NCBI GenBank assembly: GCA_039586365.1
Contig: JBDHKN010000023.1
Location: forward strand, 9,499-73,498
Length of the DNA: 64,000 bases
Direction: 5' to 3'
From: Gemmatimonadota bacterium
GTDB lineage: Bacteria > Gemmatimonadota > Gemmatimonadetes > Gemmatimonadales > GWC2-71-9
Part shown: piece by piece, positions 47,076 through 56,382 of the stretch
Numbering within the stretch: position 1 is the first letter of the stretch
How the letters are laid out: every line of letters starts with the position of its first letter
Notes under the pieces: generated by a model
What the model saw: the letters and a program-made list of their open reading frames with translations, nothing else
What the model was told of the DNA's origin: nothing
Database searches by the model: none
Position numbers and translations under genes: made by a program

Positions 47076-47094
47076 CCGTTACGAAACTGTTACA
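47076..47094 (+). promoter_or_regulatory. Pho-box-like direct repeat
   Basis: CCGTTACGAAACTGTTACA: two GTTAC units 11 bp apart, resembling CTGTCAT-N4-CTGTCA. Confidence 0.55.
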
Positions 47095-47233
47095 GGAACA
47101 AGGCCTGTTCTCGATAGGTGCCGGCTAGATACCGGTGCGCGCTTGGGTCGGCTGAAGCAAACCGCCAACGTTGGGATGGTTCCTGTGATGCCCCGATCGA
47201 CTGACGAACTGGACTCTGGGGAGGCTAACACGA

Positions 47234-47461
47234 ATGCATGACGGACAAGTCGACGATCAGCTGTTGCTGCCGGGGAGATTGGTGCTGAGCGATGATGGCC
47301 GGCTAGGGCGCATCAGACGCCTGATTGTCGAGGATTCTGCCGGGCCCTTTCCTGCACGACTGGAGGTCGAGGGACTCGATGGCACTAGGTGCATTCTCTC
47401 CCCAAACGAGCTACGATTCGTCTATCGTTGTGAAGGCGAGTTGCCGCAGACTGCTGCCTGA
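47234..47461 (+). CDS. Small hypothetical protein
   Basis: 75 aa ORF with a strong GGGGAGG RBS; no family recognised. Confidence 0.5.
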   Translation: MHDGQVDDQLLLPGRLVLSDDGRLGRIRRLIVEDSAGPFPARLEVEGLDGTRCILSPNELRFVYRCEGELPQTAA

Positions 47462-47484
47462 CTGACCATCCACTCGAGGTTCCG

Positions 47485-49011
47485 ATGAGCTCCGCCAAAG
47501 CAACCGCATCTCTGTCGTCGAAGGGACGGCTCGATCGACGTTCCTTTCTCGCTGCCGCGACCATGGGTACCGCATATGCGTTCTTGCCGGGATTCGAGAT
47601 GGGCCGAAACCGGCGGTTCCTTGTGTCGAACCGCGTCGAACCAGTGCGCGTCCGCGGACGAGTGGTGGCTCAGGGGCGCGGTCTTTCTGGGGTCGCCGTC
47701 ACGGACGGTTTGACGGTAGTGGACACCAACACGGACGGGGCTTTCGACCTACCGAGCTCCACCGAAAGATCATTTGTTCACATCTCCCTACCGTCGGGCT
47801 ACCGAATCCCGCGGAACCCCACGGGAACGGCGCGCTTCTATGAGCGCATTACCCCCGACGTGAGCGGGGCGAGCGAGGCGTTGTTCCAACTGGAGCCGCA
47901 AGAAGATTCGGACGAGCGCCATGCGTTGCTGCTGCTTGCTGACGTGCAGACAGAAGACATGGATGAAGTGCGGTGGTTCCGCGAACAGACGGTTTCGGAC
48001 GTGCGTACCGTCGTATCCGAGCTTGGTGTGGAGGCTTTCGGCGCGGCGTGCGGCGATATCATGTTTGACCACTTGGATCTCTATCCTGAATACGAGCGCG
48101 GCATCCGACAGACCGGCATACCGTTCTTCCAGGTGCTAGGGAACCACGACATGGACTACTCGAGCATGACTGACAGGACCTCCACAGAGACGTTCAGCCG
48201 TCAGTTCGGACCGCCGTACTATTCATTCAACCGAGGTGCCGCCCATTATGTGGTGCTGGACGACGTGTTCTGGAACGGTGTCGGGTATTTGGGTTACCTG
48301 ACGCACGAGCAGCTCACTTGGCTAGCAGCTGATCTGGCCCGGGTCGAACCTGGGGGTCCCGTCTTTGTTGCTCTGCACATTCCGGTGCTTGGCAGTCGTC
48401 ACGTACGTGAAGGTCGAGAGAATCCCGATCCCGGCATTTCGGTGACGAATCGAGCAGCTCTATATGAGCTACTCCAGCCCTTCGATGCCCACATACTTTC
48501 CGGCCACACGCACGAGAGCGAGCACGTGTTCGAGTCAGGAGTACACGAACACGTAAGCGGAGCCGTGTGCGGTGCATGGTGGAGTGGACCGATCTGCGGC
48601 GACGGCACGCCGTCCGGCTATAGCGTTTACGAGGTTGACGGAGAAACGGTGACTTGGCGTTACAGATCAACCGGTCATCCATTTGATCATCAGATTCGCG
48701 TGTACCCACGCGGTGCAGATCCCAAAGCGCCTGACGAAATGGTCGCCAACGTATGGGATTGGGATCCGGCCTGGACCGTTGTTTGGTACGAAGACGGGGA
48801 ACGCAAGGGAGCAATGTCGCGCCGTGTCGGATTCGATCCGCTGAGCGCGGCACTTCACTCCGGGCCTGATCTCCCCGCACGGCGGCCCTGGGTGGAACCG
48901 TTGGCGACTGGCCACTTGTTCTACGCCCCGGTGTCAGTGGGGACGCGACTGGTGCGGGTTGAGGCGACGGATCGGTTTGGCCGGGTTTACTCGACAGAGT
49001 TGGGAGTGTAG
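47485..49011 (+). CDS. Tat-exported calcineurin-like metallophosphoesterase
   Basis: DRRSFL twin-arginine motif; GVAVTDG, ADVQ, GDIMFD, GNHD, HIP, SGHTH, CGAWW. Confidence 0.88.
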   Translation: MSSAKATASLSSKGRLDRRSFLAAATMGTAYAFLPGFEMGRNRRFLVSNRVEPVRVRGRVVAQGRGLSGVAVTDGLTVVDTNTDGAFDLPSSTERSFVHISLPSGYRIPRNPTGTARFYERITPDVSGASEALFQLEPQEDSDERHALLLLADVQTEDMDEVRWFREQTVSDVRTVVSELGVEAFGAACGDIMFDHLDLYPEYERGIRQTGIPFFQVLGNHDMDYSSMTDRTSTETFSRQFGPPYYSFNRGAAHYVVLDDVFWNGVGYLGYLTHEQLTWLAADLARVEPGGPVFVALHIPVLGSRHVREGRENPDPGISVTNRAALYELLQPFDAHILSGHTHESEHVFESGVHEHVSGAVCGAWWSGPICGDGTPSGYSVYEVDGETVTWRYRSTGHPFDHQIRVYPRGADPKAPDEMVANVWDWDPAWTVVWYEDGERKGAMSRRVGFDPLSAALHSGPDLPARRPWVEPLATGHLFYAPVSVGTRLVRVEATDRFGRVYSTELGV

Positions 49012-49051
49012 CGGAAGAGCGAGTCGCGGGCTTACGTTGCGCGTCGCAGCC

Positions 49052-51415
49052 ATGTCCCTAAGATTGCGTCACATGACGCGACTGATGGGACCGCTTGTCT
49101 GGGGGCTCCTCACCCTAGGGTCGATCGGCAGTGCGGCCACACAGGACACTGCCCATGTCGTTGTGGTGGCCACGACCGATGTGCATGGCCGCGCATATCA
49201 CTGGGATTATCTGAACGACCGGGAAGCCCCGTTGGGACTGACCCGTGTCGCCACGGTTGTCGATTCCCTCCGGGCGAGGTACATGGGGCAAGTCGTCGTG
49301 ATCGATGCCGGGGACCTGATCCAGGGCAACCCGTTTGCGACCTATTTCGCGACTGAGCGAGTCGTCGATCCGCACCCCGTGGTTGATGCACTGAATGCGG
49401 TTGGATTTGATGTAGCCACTCCGGGCAATCACGAGTTTGACTTTGGCGTGGCAACGTTCCAGCGTGCGGTGTCAGGAGCAGCGTTTCCGATTGTCTCAGC
49501 CAACGTCTATCGCCTGCCGCGAGATACGTTGGTCTTTCCGCCCTACGTGAAGTTGCAGAGAGATGGCGTTCAGGTTGGCCTGACCGGGTTCACCACGCCT
49601 GGGGTCATGGTGTGGAACCAGCAGAAGCTTGCGGACCGGGTGCTGGTCAGGAGGCCGCTGCCCGCTGTCGAGAGGGCCTTACGCTCGCTCGAAGCAGAAG
49701 GTACAGACCTGCGGATAGTGATCGCGCACAGCGGGATGAGTGCGCCGGCCTCGTATGACACGATCGGTGTTGGGCTTGAGAACGAAGCGGCGCGATTGGC
49801 TGAGCTACCTGTGCCACCTCACTTGGTCATTGTTGGCCACACGCACCGTCACTTCGCCGACTCTGTGATAGATGCTGTTCATTTCGTGCAGCCAACCCAA
49901 TGGGCCCGCTCGGTTGCAGTGGCACACGTGTGGCTCGTTCGGGAGCGGGGAGCAGTTAGTGGTGAGCAGGGCGCCGAGCGGCGGCCATTCAGAGTGGTCC
50001 GGATTGAGGGTGAGGAAATCCCGCTGGCAGGTGTGGCGCCCCACCCTCTGGTGGCTCAACGGCTCGAGCGATCCCACCAGTCAGTTCGCCTCTGGGTAAT
50101 GACGCCGTTGGCCAGAATAAGCGGCTATTGGAGTGCCCAGCACGCGCGCGCCGGCGACTCGCCGATTATCGATTTCGTCAACGAAGTTCAGCGCAGGACT
50201 GCCGGAGCCGATCTGTCCGCCACCGCGGCGTTCAATACGAGAGCGCGGTTCGGTCCGGGTGCGGTGCGGCTGAGCGATGTTGCCGCCATATACCCGTACG
50301 AGAACACGCTGAGGGCAGTCACGATTGACGGGGCCGCTCTCAAGGAATACTTGGAGCAGTCGACGGCCTATTTCAGGTCCTTTGGGCAGGGCGATCAGAT
50401 CGTCAATGACAGCATCCCGGGATACAACTTCGATATTGTGAGCGGTGTCGATTATGTAATCGATCTGACCCAACCCGTAGGCTCCAGGATTCGTCAACTA
50501 GTCAGGGGTGGTCGTCTTGTTCAGCCGACCGACAGCTTCACCCTCGCGCTCAACAGTTACCGCCAACAGGGAGGTGGAGGGTTCGACATGTTACGGGGGC
50601 TGCCTGTGGTGTACGATCGCGAAGAGAACATCCGGGATCTACTGGCGGACTGGATTCGCAACGCGGACACCCTGGTCAGTGACGATTACTTCACTCCTTC
50701 GTGGAGCATAGTCCCCGCTGCAGCCGCAGAGGCGGTGCGAAACGCGTTCGGGCCACCGGAGGCGGTGCCCCCCCCAGCTGCCCTGCTTCCGGTGGACTCG
50801 GTCACACCCGCCTTTGCTGTGCCTGACACGGCTCGACGAGAATCGCCCACACCGGTGGTCCCAGTCGCCCACCTCAAGTTCCCGCTTGAGCCCAGTGATC
50901 AGGAGCACGCGCTTGGTAGGCTGATTGCTGATGGGTATCGCAACGGCGCCAGGACTCAGTTTGCCCTGGTGCTGAACGAGTCAATCCGGGGCGGTGTACG
51001 GGCTGGACCGATCGCTCGCAGTGATCTGGAGGCGGTATTTAGCGAGGTGGAACCGCTCGTTCGTCTGGCCGTGACCGGGCAGGTCGTCTTAGAAGCCCTG
51101 GAGCTCGTGGTAGCGAGCGGCACTCCAAGCGCACACGTGGCCGGGCTCGAAGTCTGGTACGATCCTGATAGGGCAAGTGGCAGGCGCGTGCGGCGCGTCC
51201 AGTTCCCAGACGGACGGGAGGTGCGGCGGAGCGAGAGCTACACTATTGCACTGGCGGCTTCCGTCGCCGGAGGGGCGGAGGATTTTGGCATGTTTGTGGG
51301 GGCGCAGCAAGAGCCGGTGGGAATGACAGATCTTGAGGCATTGCTATCTTATTTGCCGCGGCTAAGACAGCCGGTGGAGGCCCCCGCGACCGCGCGGTTC
51401 CACACCGTAAGGTGA
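49052..51415 (+). CDS. Exported 5'-nucleotidase / 2',3'-cyclic-nucleotide phosphodiesterase with two C-terminal domains
   Basis: TTDVHG, DAGDLIQG, GNHEFD, HSG, GHTH, YPYENTL, NSYR..GGGGF; a second 5'-nucleotidase C-like domain follows a Pro-rich linker. Start is 49052 or 49073. Confidence 0.88.
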   Translation: MSLRLRHMTRLMGPLVWGLLTLGSIGSAATQDTAHVVVVATTDVHGRAYHWDYLNDREAPLGLTRVATVVDSLRARYMGQVVVIDAGDLIQGNPFATYFATERVVDPHPVVDALNAVGFDVATPGNHEFDFGVATFQRAVSGAAFPIVSANVYRLPRDTLVFPPYVKLQRDGVQVGLTGFTTPGVMVWNQQKLADRVLVRRPLPAVERALRSLEAEGTDLRIVIAHSGMSAPASYDTIGVGLENEAARLAELPVPPHLVIVGHTHRHFADSVIDAVHFVQPTQWARSVAVAHVWLVRERGAVSGEQGAERRPFRVVRIEGEEIPLAGVAPHPLVAQRLERSHQSVRLWVMTPLARISGYWSAQHARAGDSPIIDFVNEVQRRTAGADLSATAAFNTRARFGPGAVRLSDVAAIYPYENTLRAVTIDGAALKEYLEQSTAYFRSFGQGDQIVNDSIPGYNFDIVSGVDYVIDLTQPVGSRIRQLVRGGRLVQPTDSFTLALNSYRQQGGGGFDMLRGLPVVYDREENIRDLLADWIRNADTLVSDDYFTPSWSIVPAAAAEAVRNAFGPPEAVPPPAALLPVDSVTPAFAVPDTARRESPTPVVPVAHLKFPLEPSDQEHALGRLIADGYRNGARTQFALVLNESIRGGVRAGPIARSDLEAVFSEVEPLVRLAVTGQVVLEALELVVASGTPSAHVAGLEVWYDPDRASGRRVRRVQFPDGREVRRSESYTIALAASVAGGAEDFGMFVGAQQEPVGMTDLEALLSYLPRLRQPVEAPATARFHTVR

Positions 51416-51524
51416 TCGGGAGTCTCAGCGTGGATCGTATGGTACCAGCTTTCATCCGGCGCGTCGTCCCAGTGGTGGGCGGCTAACGGTAGCCCGCCTT
51501 CTACGATTCTCAAGGACACAAAGC

Positions 51525-52550
51525 TTGACCCTTACACCTGAGCTGATTCGTCGTCTGCCCAAGGCTGAGCTCCACGTGCATCTCGACGGCTCGCTGAGGC
51601 CGGAGACGATGATCGATCTGGCTCGTGAGCAGGGGGTCACACTGCCGGCTGACGACGCCGCGGCCCTGGCTGAGGCGGTGCACGTCCGCAGTGCTAGAAA
51701 CTTGGAAGAGTACCTCGAGCGGTACTACATCACCGTATCGGTCATGCAGACGGCTGCAGCACTGGAGCGCGTCGCGAACGAGTTCGTCCATGATTTGGCT
51801 GCCGAGAACGTGCGGTATGTCGAGGTGCGATACTGCCCGGCTCTGCATACGCCTGCGCTCAGCCTGACCGACGCGGTAGAAGCTCCCCTTGCGGGGCTCA
51901 AGCGAGCCGAGAGCGAAACGGGAGTTATGGCGCGGCTCATTGTGGCCGGTCTGCGAACGTTGCCACCAGCGGTATCGGAGGATCTCGCTAGGCTTGCCGT
52001 CGACTATGCTGGTGACGGTGTAGTGGCTTTCGACCTGGCTGGTTCGGAATGGGGCCATCCTGCAAGAGAGCACGTCAAAGCCTTTGACATCGCGCACCGG
52101 TACGGATTGCCGTGCACCTGCCATGCTGGTGAAGGAGACGGCGCCGATTCCGTTGCTCAGGCTCTGCACCTCTGTGGAGCCCATAGAATCGGGCACGGCA
52201 CTCGATTGCGGGAAGACCCTGAGACCGAGGAGTTCGTGGTTGAGAATCGCATACCGCTCGAAGTATGCCTCACCTCGAATCTCCACACTCATACGGTGGA
52301 GTCAGTCGAAGAGCATCCTATCCGGCACTACCTCGATTGTGGCTGTGTGGTAACCCTCAATACTGATAGCCGGTTGGTGGACGGAACAACACTCAGTGAC
52401 GAGTATTGGCTGGCCCATACCCGGCTTGACATCACGCGGCCGGAGATCGACAGCCTCATATTGAATGCGTTTCAGAGTGCCTTCTTGCCGGAGGCGGAGA
52501 AGACTGCGCTCATTGCTCAGGTCCGGCGCGAACTCGAGGAGATTACCTAG
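51525..52550 (+). CDS. add: Adenosine deaminase
   Basis: LPKAELHVHLDGSLR, FDLAGSE, HAGE, RIGHG, EVCLTSN, LNTD. Confidence 0.93.
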   Translation: MTLTPELIRRLPKAELHVHLDGSLRPETMIDLAREQGVTLPADDAAALAEAVHVRSARNLEEYLERYYITVSVMQTAAALERVANEFVHDLAAENVRYVEVRYCPALHTPALSLTDAVEAPLAGLKRAESETGVMARLIVAGLRTLPPAVSEDLARLAVDYAGDGVVAFDLAGSEWGHPAREHVKAFDIAHRYGLPCTCHAGEGDGADSVAQALHLCGAHRIGHGTRLREDPETEEFVVENRIPLEVCLTSNLHTHTVESVEEHPIRHYLDCGCVVTLNTDSRLVDGTTLSDEYWLAHTRLDITRPEIDSLILNAFQSAFLPEAEKTALIAQVRRELEEIT

Positions 52551-53933
52551 ATGAACGGATTGTGGCTGCTCCAGTCGGCGGCGGAACAGATGGCGGCTGC
52601 GCGCGAAGGGTTGGGTACTCCCCTTCCGGCACGCCTGATGGGCGTGGTTGGCATGGCGACCATGGTGGGTCTTGCCTGGTTGCTGTCCAGCCACCGGAAG
52701 AGGGTCAATTGGCGCCTTGTTGGAATGGGCGTGCTGGTCCAGGTGTTCTTTGGCTTCCTCGTTCTCAAGACCCCTTTCGGAAGAAGGCTGTTCGAAGGTG
52801 CCAATACTGTGTTCATCGGGTTGCTCGGGTACACCAAGCAGGGTGCCGCGTTCATTTTCGGTAACCTCGTAGATACCAACGTTCCTGTCGGACTCCCAAC
52901 CGGGACTCCGCTCGAGGGGGCACCTATTTCCTCACCTGAGCTGTGGGCTCATACGGGAGCTTCATTTGCTTTCATGGTGCTGCCTACGATCATCTTCTTT
53001 TCCTCACTGATGTCCGTGCTGTACTACCTTGGCGTGATGCAGTGGATCGTGAAGGGAATAGCCTGGATTATGCAGAGGACGATGAAGACCTCTGGCGCGG
53101 AGACCCTTTCGGTAGCGGGGAACATATTTGTAGGTCAGACCGAGGCACCTCTCCTGATCAGGCCGTTTGTCGGGCAGATGACCTACTCGGAACTAAATAC
53201 GGTCATGGTGGGTGGCTTCGCCACCATCGCTGGTGGGGTCATGGCGGCCTATGTTGGCATGTTGTCACCGTACTTCCCCGATGTAGCAGGCCACCTACTG
53301 ACAGCCAGTGTGATGAATGCACCGGCAGCGTTGCTCATCTCCAAGTTGCTGGTGCCCGAAATCGGCGAACCGGTTACGAAGTCCTCGTTGGCGGTGAACG
53401 TGGAGAAGCAAGAGGCTAACGTCATTGATGCGGCGGCTGCCGGTGCGGGTCAGGGATTGAAATTGGCCCTCAATGTCGGTGCCATGCTGCTGGCGTTCAT
53501 AGCTCTGATTGCTTTGCTCAACGGGGTTGTAGGTGGACTGGGCAGCCTCATCGGTCACCCGGAGTTGTCCTTGGAGCTGATGTTTGGCTGGGTCTTGTCT
53601 CCACTGGCCGCACTCATGGGCGTTCCTTGGGCCGATGCCACTGACGTGGGATCTCTCATTGGCATAAAGATGGTTGTGAACGAGTTCGTTGCGTACCTGC
53701 AGTTGGCGAGTGTGATGGATGGTGCGGGGGTGCTGTCGCCCCGGGGGACAGTGATAGCTACCTATGCGCTCTTGGGGTTCGCGAACTTCTCGTCCATTGC
53801 TATCCAGATAGGGGGCATCGGTGGAATCGCTCCAGAGCGACGCAGTGACCTATCACGTTTGGGGCTCCGGGCCATGATCGGTGGCAATTTGGCGGCTTTT
53901 ATGTCGGCTAGCCTAGCTGGGATGTTGCTGTAA
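52551..53933 (+). CDS. nupC: Concentrative nucleoside transporter (CNT/NupC family)
   Basis: LPTIIFFSSL, NIFVGQTEAPL, GFATIAG, NEFVAY, GFANFSSIAIQIGG. Confidence 0.92.
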   Translation: MNGLWLLQSAAEQMAAAREGLGTPLPARLMGVVGMATMVGLAWLLSSHRKRVNWRLVGMGVLVQVFFGFLVLKTPFGRRLFEGANTVFIGLLGYTKQGAAFIFGNLVDTNVPVGLPTGTPLEGAPISSPELWAHTGASFAFMVLPTIIFFSSLMSVLYYLGVMQWIVKGIAWIMQRTMKTSGAETLSVAGNIFVGQTEAPLLIRPFVGQMTYSELNTVMVGGFATIAGGVMAAYVGMLSPYFPDVAGHLLTASVMNAPAALLISKLLVPEIGEPVTKSSLAVNVEKQEANVIDAAAAGAGQGLKLALNVGAMLLAFIALIALLNGVVGGLGSLIGHPELSLELMFGWVLSPLAALMGVPWADATDVGSLIGIKMVVNEFVAYLQLASVMDGAGVLSPRGTVIATYALLGFANFSSIAIQIGGIGGIAPERRSDLSRLGLRAMIGGNLAAFMSASLAGMLL

Positions 53934-54067
53934 GAATGGAACTGCCCCTCACCGCACGACCCTATCCGGGTGGTAACGCACCACATCCCCCAGCCGCACC
54001 AGGCGGTGCGCCGCCGCCCCTCAACTCCACCAGGCGGAATGTGGAATTCATGTCTCATGCCATCCGT

Positions 54068-54130
54068 CTACCGCCCGTTACCACCTTTACCGCCTTTACC
54101 GCCCTCTACCGCCCTTTACCGCCCTTTAAC
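54068..54130. repeat. Tandem TTTACCGCCC decamer array (about 6 degenerate units)
   Basis: ctaccgcccgttaccacctttaccgcctttaccgccctctaccgccctttaccgcccttta, ending at the PNP start codon. Confidence 0.85.
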
Positions 54131-54131
54131 C

Positions 54132-54953
54132 ATGGTTGAAGTCCCGAGCGTCAAGCTCGCTGCAGAATTCGTCCGGTCATGGATTGGAGACACGGCGCCC
54201 CGGGCTGCAGTCGTGCTGGGTTCCGGTCTCGGCGCACTGGCCGATTCGGTTTCACATGGTCAGCGGATAGACTATGCCCAGATTCCGGGGTTTCCGGCCG
54301 CGACTGTTGCGGGGCATCGGGGCGAACTGGTTGTGGGGCAGCTCGACGGTGTTCCGGTGATGCTTCAGAACGGACGATTCCATCTCTACGAAGGGCACGA
54401 ACCCGACGTTGTGGTGCTGCCGGTGCGGCTCTTTGCGGAGCTCGGGGCCTCGTATCTCATTGTCACCAACGCTGCTGGTGGCATCAATCCCAACTTCCAC
54501 CCACCGACCCTGATGCTCATCGCCGACCACGTCAACATGATGTGGCGCAACCCCCTCGTCGGACCGGTTGTGCTGGGGGAGAATCGCTGGCCGGACTTAT
54601 ACGACCTCTACAGCAATGATCTCCGGACCCTGGCGCGGCGCGTGGCGTGCGAGGAAGGAATAGTGCTTGAGGAGGGGGTGTACGTTGCGGTCCTTGGACC
54701 CAGTTACGAGACCCCCGCCGAGGTCAGGATGTTGCGGCGCGCTGGAGCGGACGCCGTGGGCATGTCCACCGTACCTGAGGTGGTTACAGCACGGGCCCGG
54801 GGCATGAAGGTGCTAGGTGTCTCCAGCATCACCAATGTGGGAGCAGGGCTCTCGGCCCAGTCGCTCTCGCATGCTGATGTCCTGGAAGCTGGGATGCAGG
54901 TCGCCGGTGATCTCGAGAGACTGGTTCGAGGGGTGCTGATTCGCCTCCCCTGA
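54132..54953 (+). CDS. punA: Purine-nucleoside phosphorylase (trimeric PNP-I type)
   Basis: VLGSGLG, VAGHRG, GRFHLYEG, TNAAGG, GPSYETPAE, VGMSTVPE, ITN. Confidence 0.92.
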   Translation: MVEVPSVKLAAEFVRSWIGDTAPRAAVVLGSGLGALADSVSHGQRIDYAQIPGFPAATVAGHRGELVVGQLDGVPVMLQNGRFHLYEGHEPDVVVLPVRLFAELGASYLIVTNAAGGINPNFHPPTLMLIADHVNMMWRNPLVGPVVLGENRWPDLYDLYSNDLRTLARRVACEEGIVLEEGVYVAVLGPSYETPAEVRMLRRAGADAVGMSTVPEVVTARARGMKVLGVSSITNVGAGLSAQSLSHADVLEAGMQVAGDLERLVRGVLIRLP

Positions 54954-55057
54954 GCCTGCCAACGCCAGCGGTGGGAAGCTCCATCCCACTGTAGCCAAAC
55001 GGTCACGCACGCACATCGGAGGGTAGGAGACGCTAGGAGCCAGTCCCTACATCCATC

Positions 55058-55097
55058 CTTACCGCCCTTTACCGATCCTTACCGCCCTTTACCGACC
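55058..55097. repeat. Tandem decamer array (TTTACCGCCC family)
   Basis: cttaccgccctttaccgatccttaccgccctttaccgacc. Confidence 0.8.
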
Positions 55098-55116
55098 ACC
55101 TCTCCCCCCTCCCCAA

Positions 55117-55144
55117 TGCAACCCTTTTCCCCCATCCTGTGTCT
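55117..55144 (+). promoter_or_regulatory. ECF-type promoter, probably autoregulatory and leaderless
   Basis: TGCAAC-N16-GTGTCT ending 6 nt before ATG 55151; AAC/GTC elements are typical of ECF promoters. Confidence 0.55.
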
Positions 55145-55150
55145 GTGCAA

Positions 55151-55732
55151 ATGGAAGCGGAATCCAACAACAAGTCCCTGGGGAGCCGGGTGGACGAAGG
55201 AATACTGATCGCGCGGGTACGGAAGGGTGATCCCGCGGCAGAACGCCAGCTGTACGAGGCGCACGTCGACCAGACGTATCGGTTGGCCTACCGCTTCACT
55301 GGCGACGATGAACTCGCCCGCGACATGACGCAGGAGACGTTTATCAGGGCGTTTGACAGGATCGGTCAGTTCCGCGGTGAGGCGGCCTTCGGTACTTGGC
55401 TCAGATCGATCGCGACCTCGGTGATCTACAACGGGCTGAGGAAAATCAAGCGATTTCGCCAGAGGGAGTTTGATCTGGATGAGCTCCGGGCGACCGGGAG
55501 CAGCAGGGCGGAGGCAGAGCCTGATTTGAAAGACAAGCTGCGGCGTGCGATCGACGATCTGCCGCACAAGTATCGGATGGTGTTCGTGATGCACGACGTT
55601 GAAGGCTACACGCACGAAGAGATCAGCTCGGCGCTCGGTACGCAGGTTGGGACATCTAAGGCCCAGCTATCGCGCGCACGAGCAAAGCTGCGGGAGTCAC
55701 TATCCGAGTTCGCTGGAGAGTGGGCGTCATGA
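55151..55732 (+). CDS. ECF RNA polymerase sigma factor
   Basis: Region 2 (ARDMTQETFIRAF, FGTWLRSIA) and region 4 (LP..YRMVFVMHDVEGYTHEEI..LG..GTSKAQLSRAR). Confidence 0.93.
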   Translation: MEAESNNKSLGSRVDEGILIARVRKGDPAAERQLYEAHVDQTYRLAYRFTGDDELARDMTQETFIRAFDRIGQFRGEAAFGTWLRSIATSVIYNGLRKIKRFRQREFDLDELRATGSSRAEAEPDLKDKLRRAIDDLPHKYRMVFVMHDVEGYTHEEISSALGTQVGTSKAQLSRARAKLRESLSEFAGEWAS

Positions 55733-56382
55733 CCGAAAAGCAATTCGAGGAATTCGTGAGGCGGGCGGCGCGTGACTACAACATTCCGCCTGACGTACCG
55801 CGTGAGGACATGTGGATGGCGGTAGAGTTGGCCCGGGCGGAACGGCAGAGCCGGGGGGCATTACAGGGAGTGTTTGTATCCCCGTGGGTGCGCTGGGGTG
55901 TGGGACTCGCGGCGACGTTGGTGCTGGGTATCGGCATTGGGATGAACCTGGACCGGCTCACTTACCGCCCCAATACCGGGGCGGTATCTACGGTCGACGC
56001 AGCTGTGGAGCCGAGTTCACGGCCTGACGCCTACCGGATGGTGGTAATGGAGCACCTCGGGCGCACGGAGGTGTTCCTTACCATGTTCCGTGCCGACGTC
56101 AGGGCTGGCCGTACTGATTACGAGCTGGCGAATCCGGCCCGCGAGCTGCTTACCACCACGCGCTTACTGCAAGGATCACCCGCATCTGAGGACACCCGCC
56201 TCAGAGAGCTACTAGATGACCTGGAATTGGTGTTGGTTCAAATCGCGCAGCTCAGAGGAGGCCAAGACGGTGTCGAAGCTGATCTGATCGCAGAAGGAAT
56301 CGAACAAAGAGAGGTCCTACTCAAGCTGAGGGCGACCGCACCTGCCGATCCGACATTGAGAGGCATGCAAGGAGTAATATGA
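55729..56382 (+). CDS. Putative single-TM anti-sigma factor
   Basis: ATGA overlap with the sigma gene; short cytoplasmic N-terminus, TM helix GLAATLVLGIGIG, helical C-terminal domain. Confidence 0.7.
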   Translation: MTEKQFEEFVRRAARDYNIPPDVPREDMWMAVELARAERQSRGALQGVFVSPWVRWGVGLAATLVLGIGIGMNLDRLTYRPNTGAVSTVDAAVEPSSRPDAYRMVVMEHLGRTEVFLTMFRADVRAGRTDYELANPARELLTTTRLLQGSPASEDTRLRELLDDLELVLVQIAQLRGGQDGVEADLIAEGIEQREVLLKLRATAPADPTLRGMQGVI

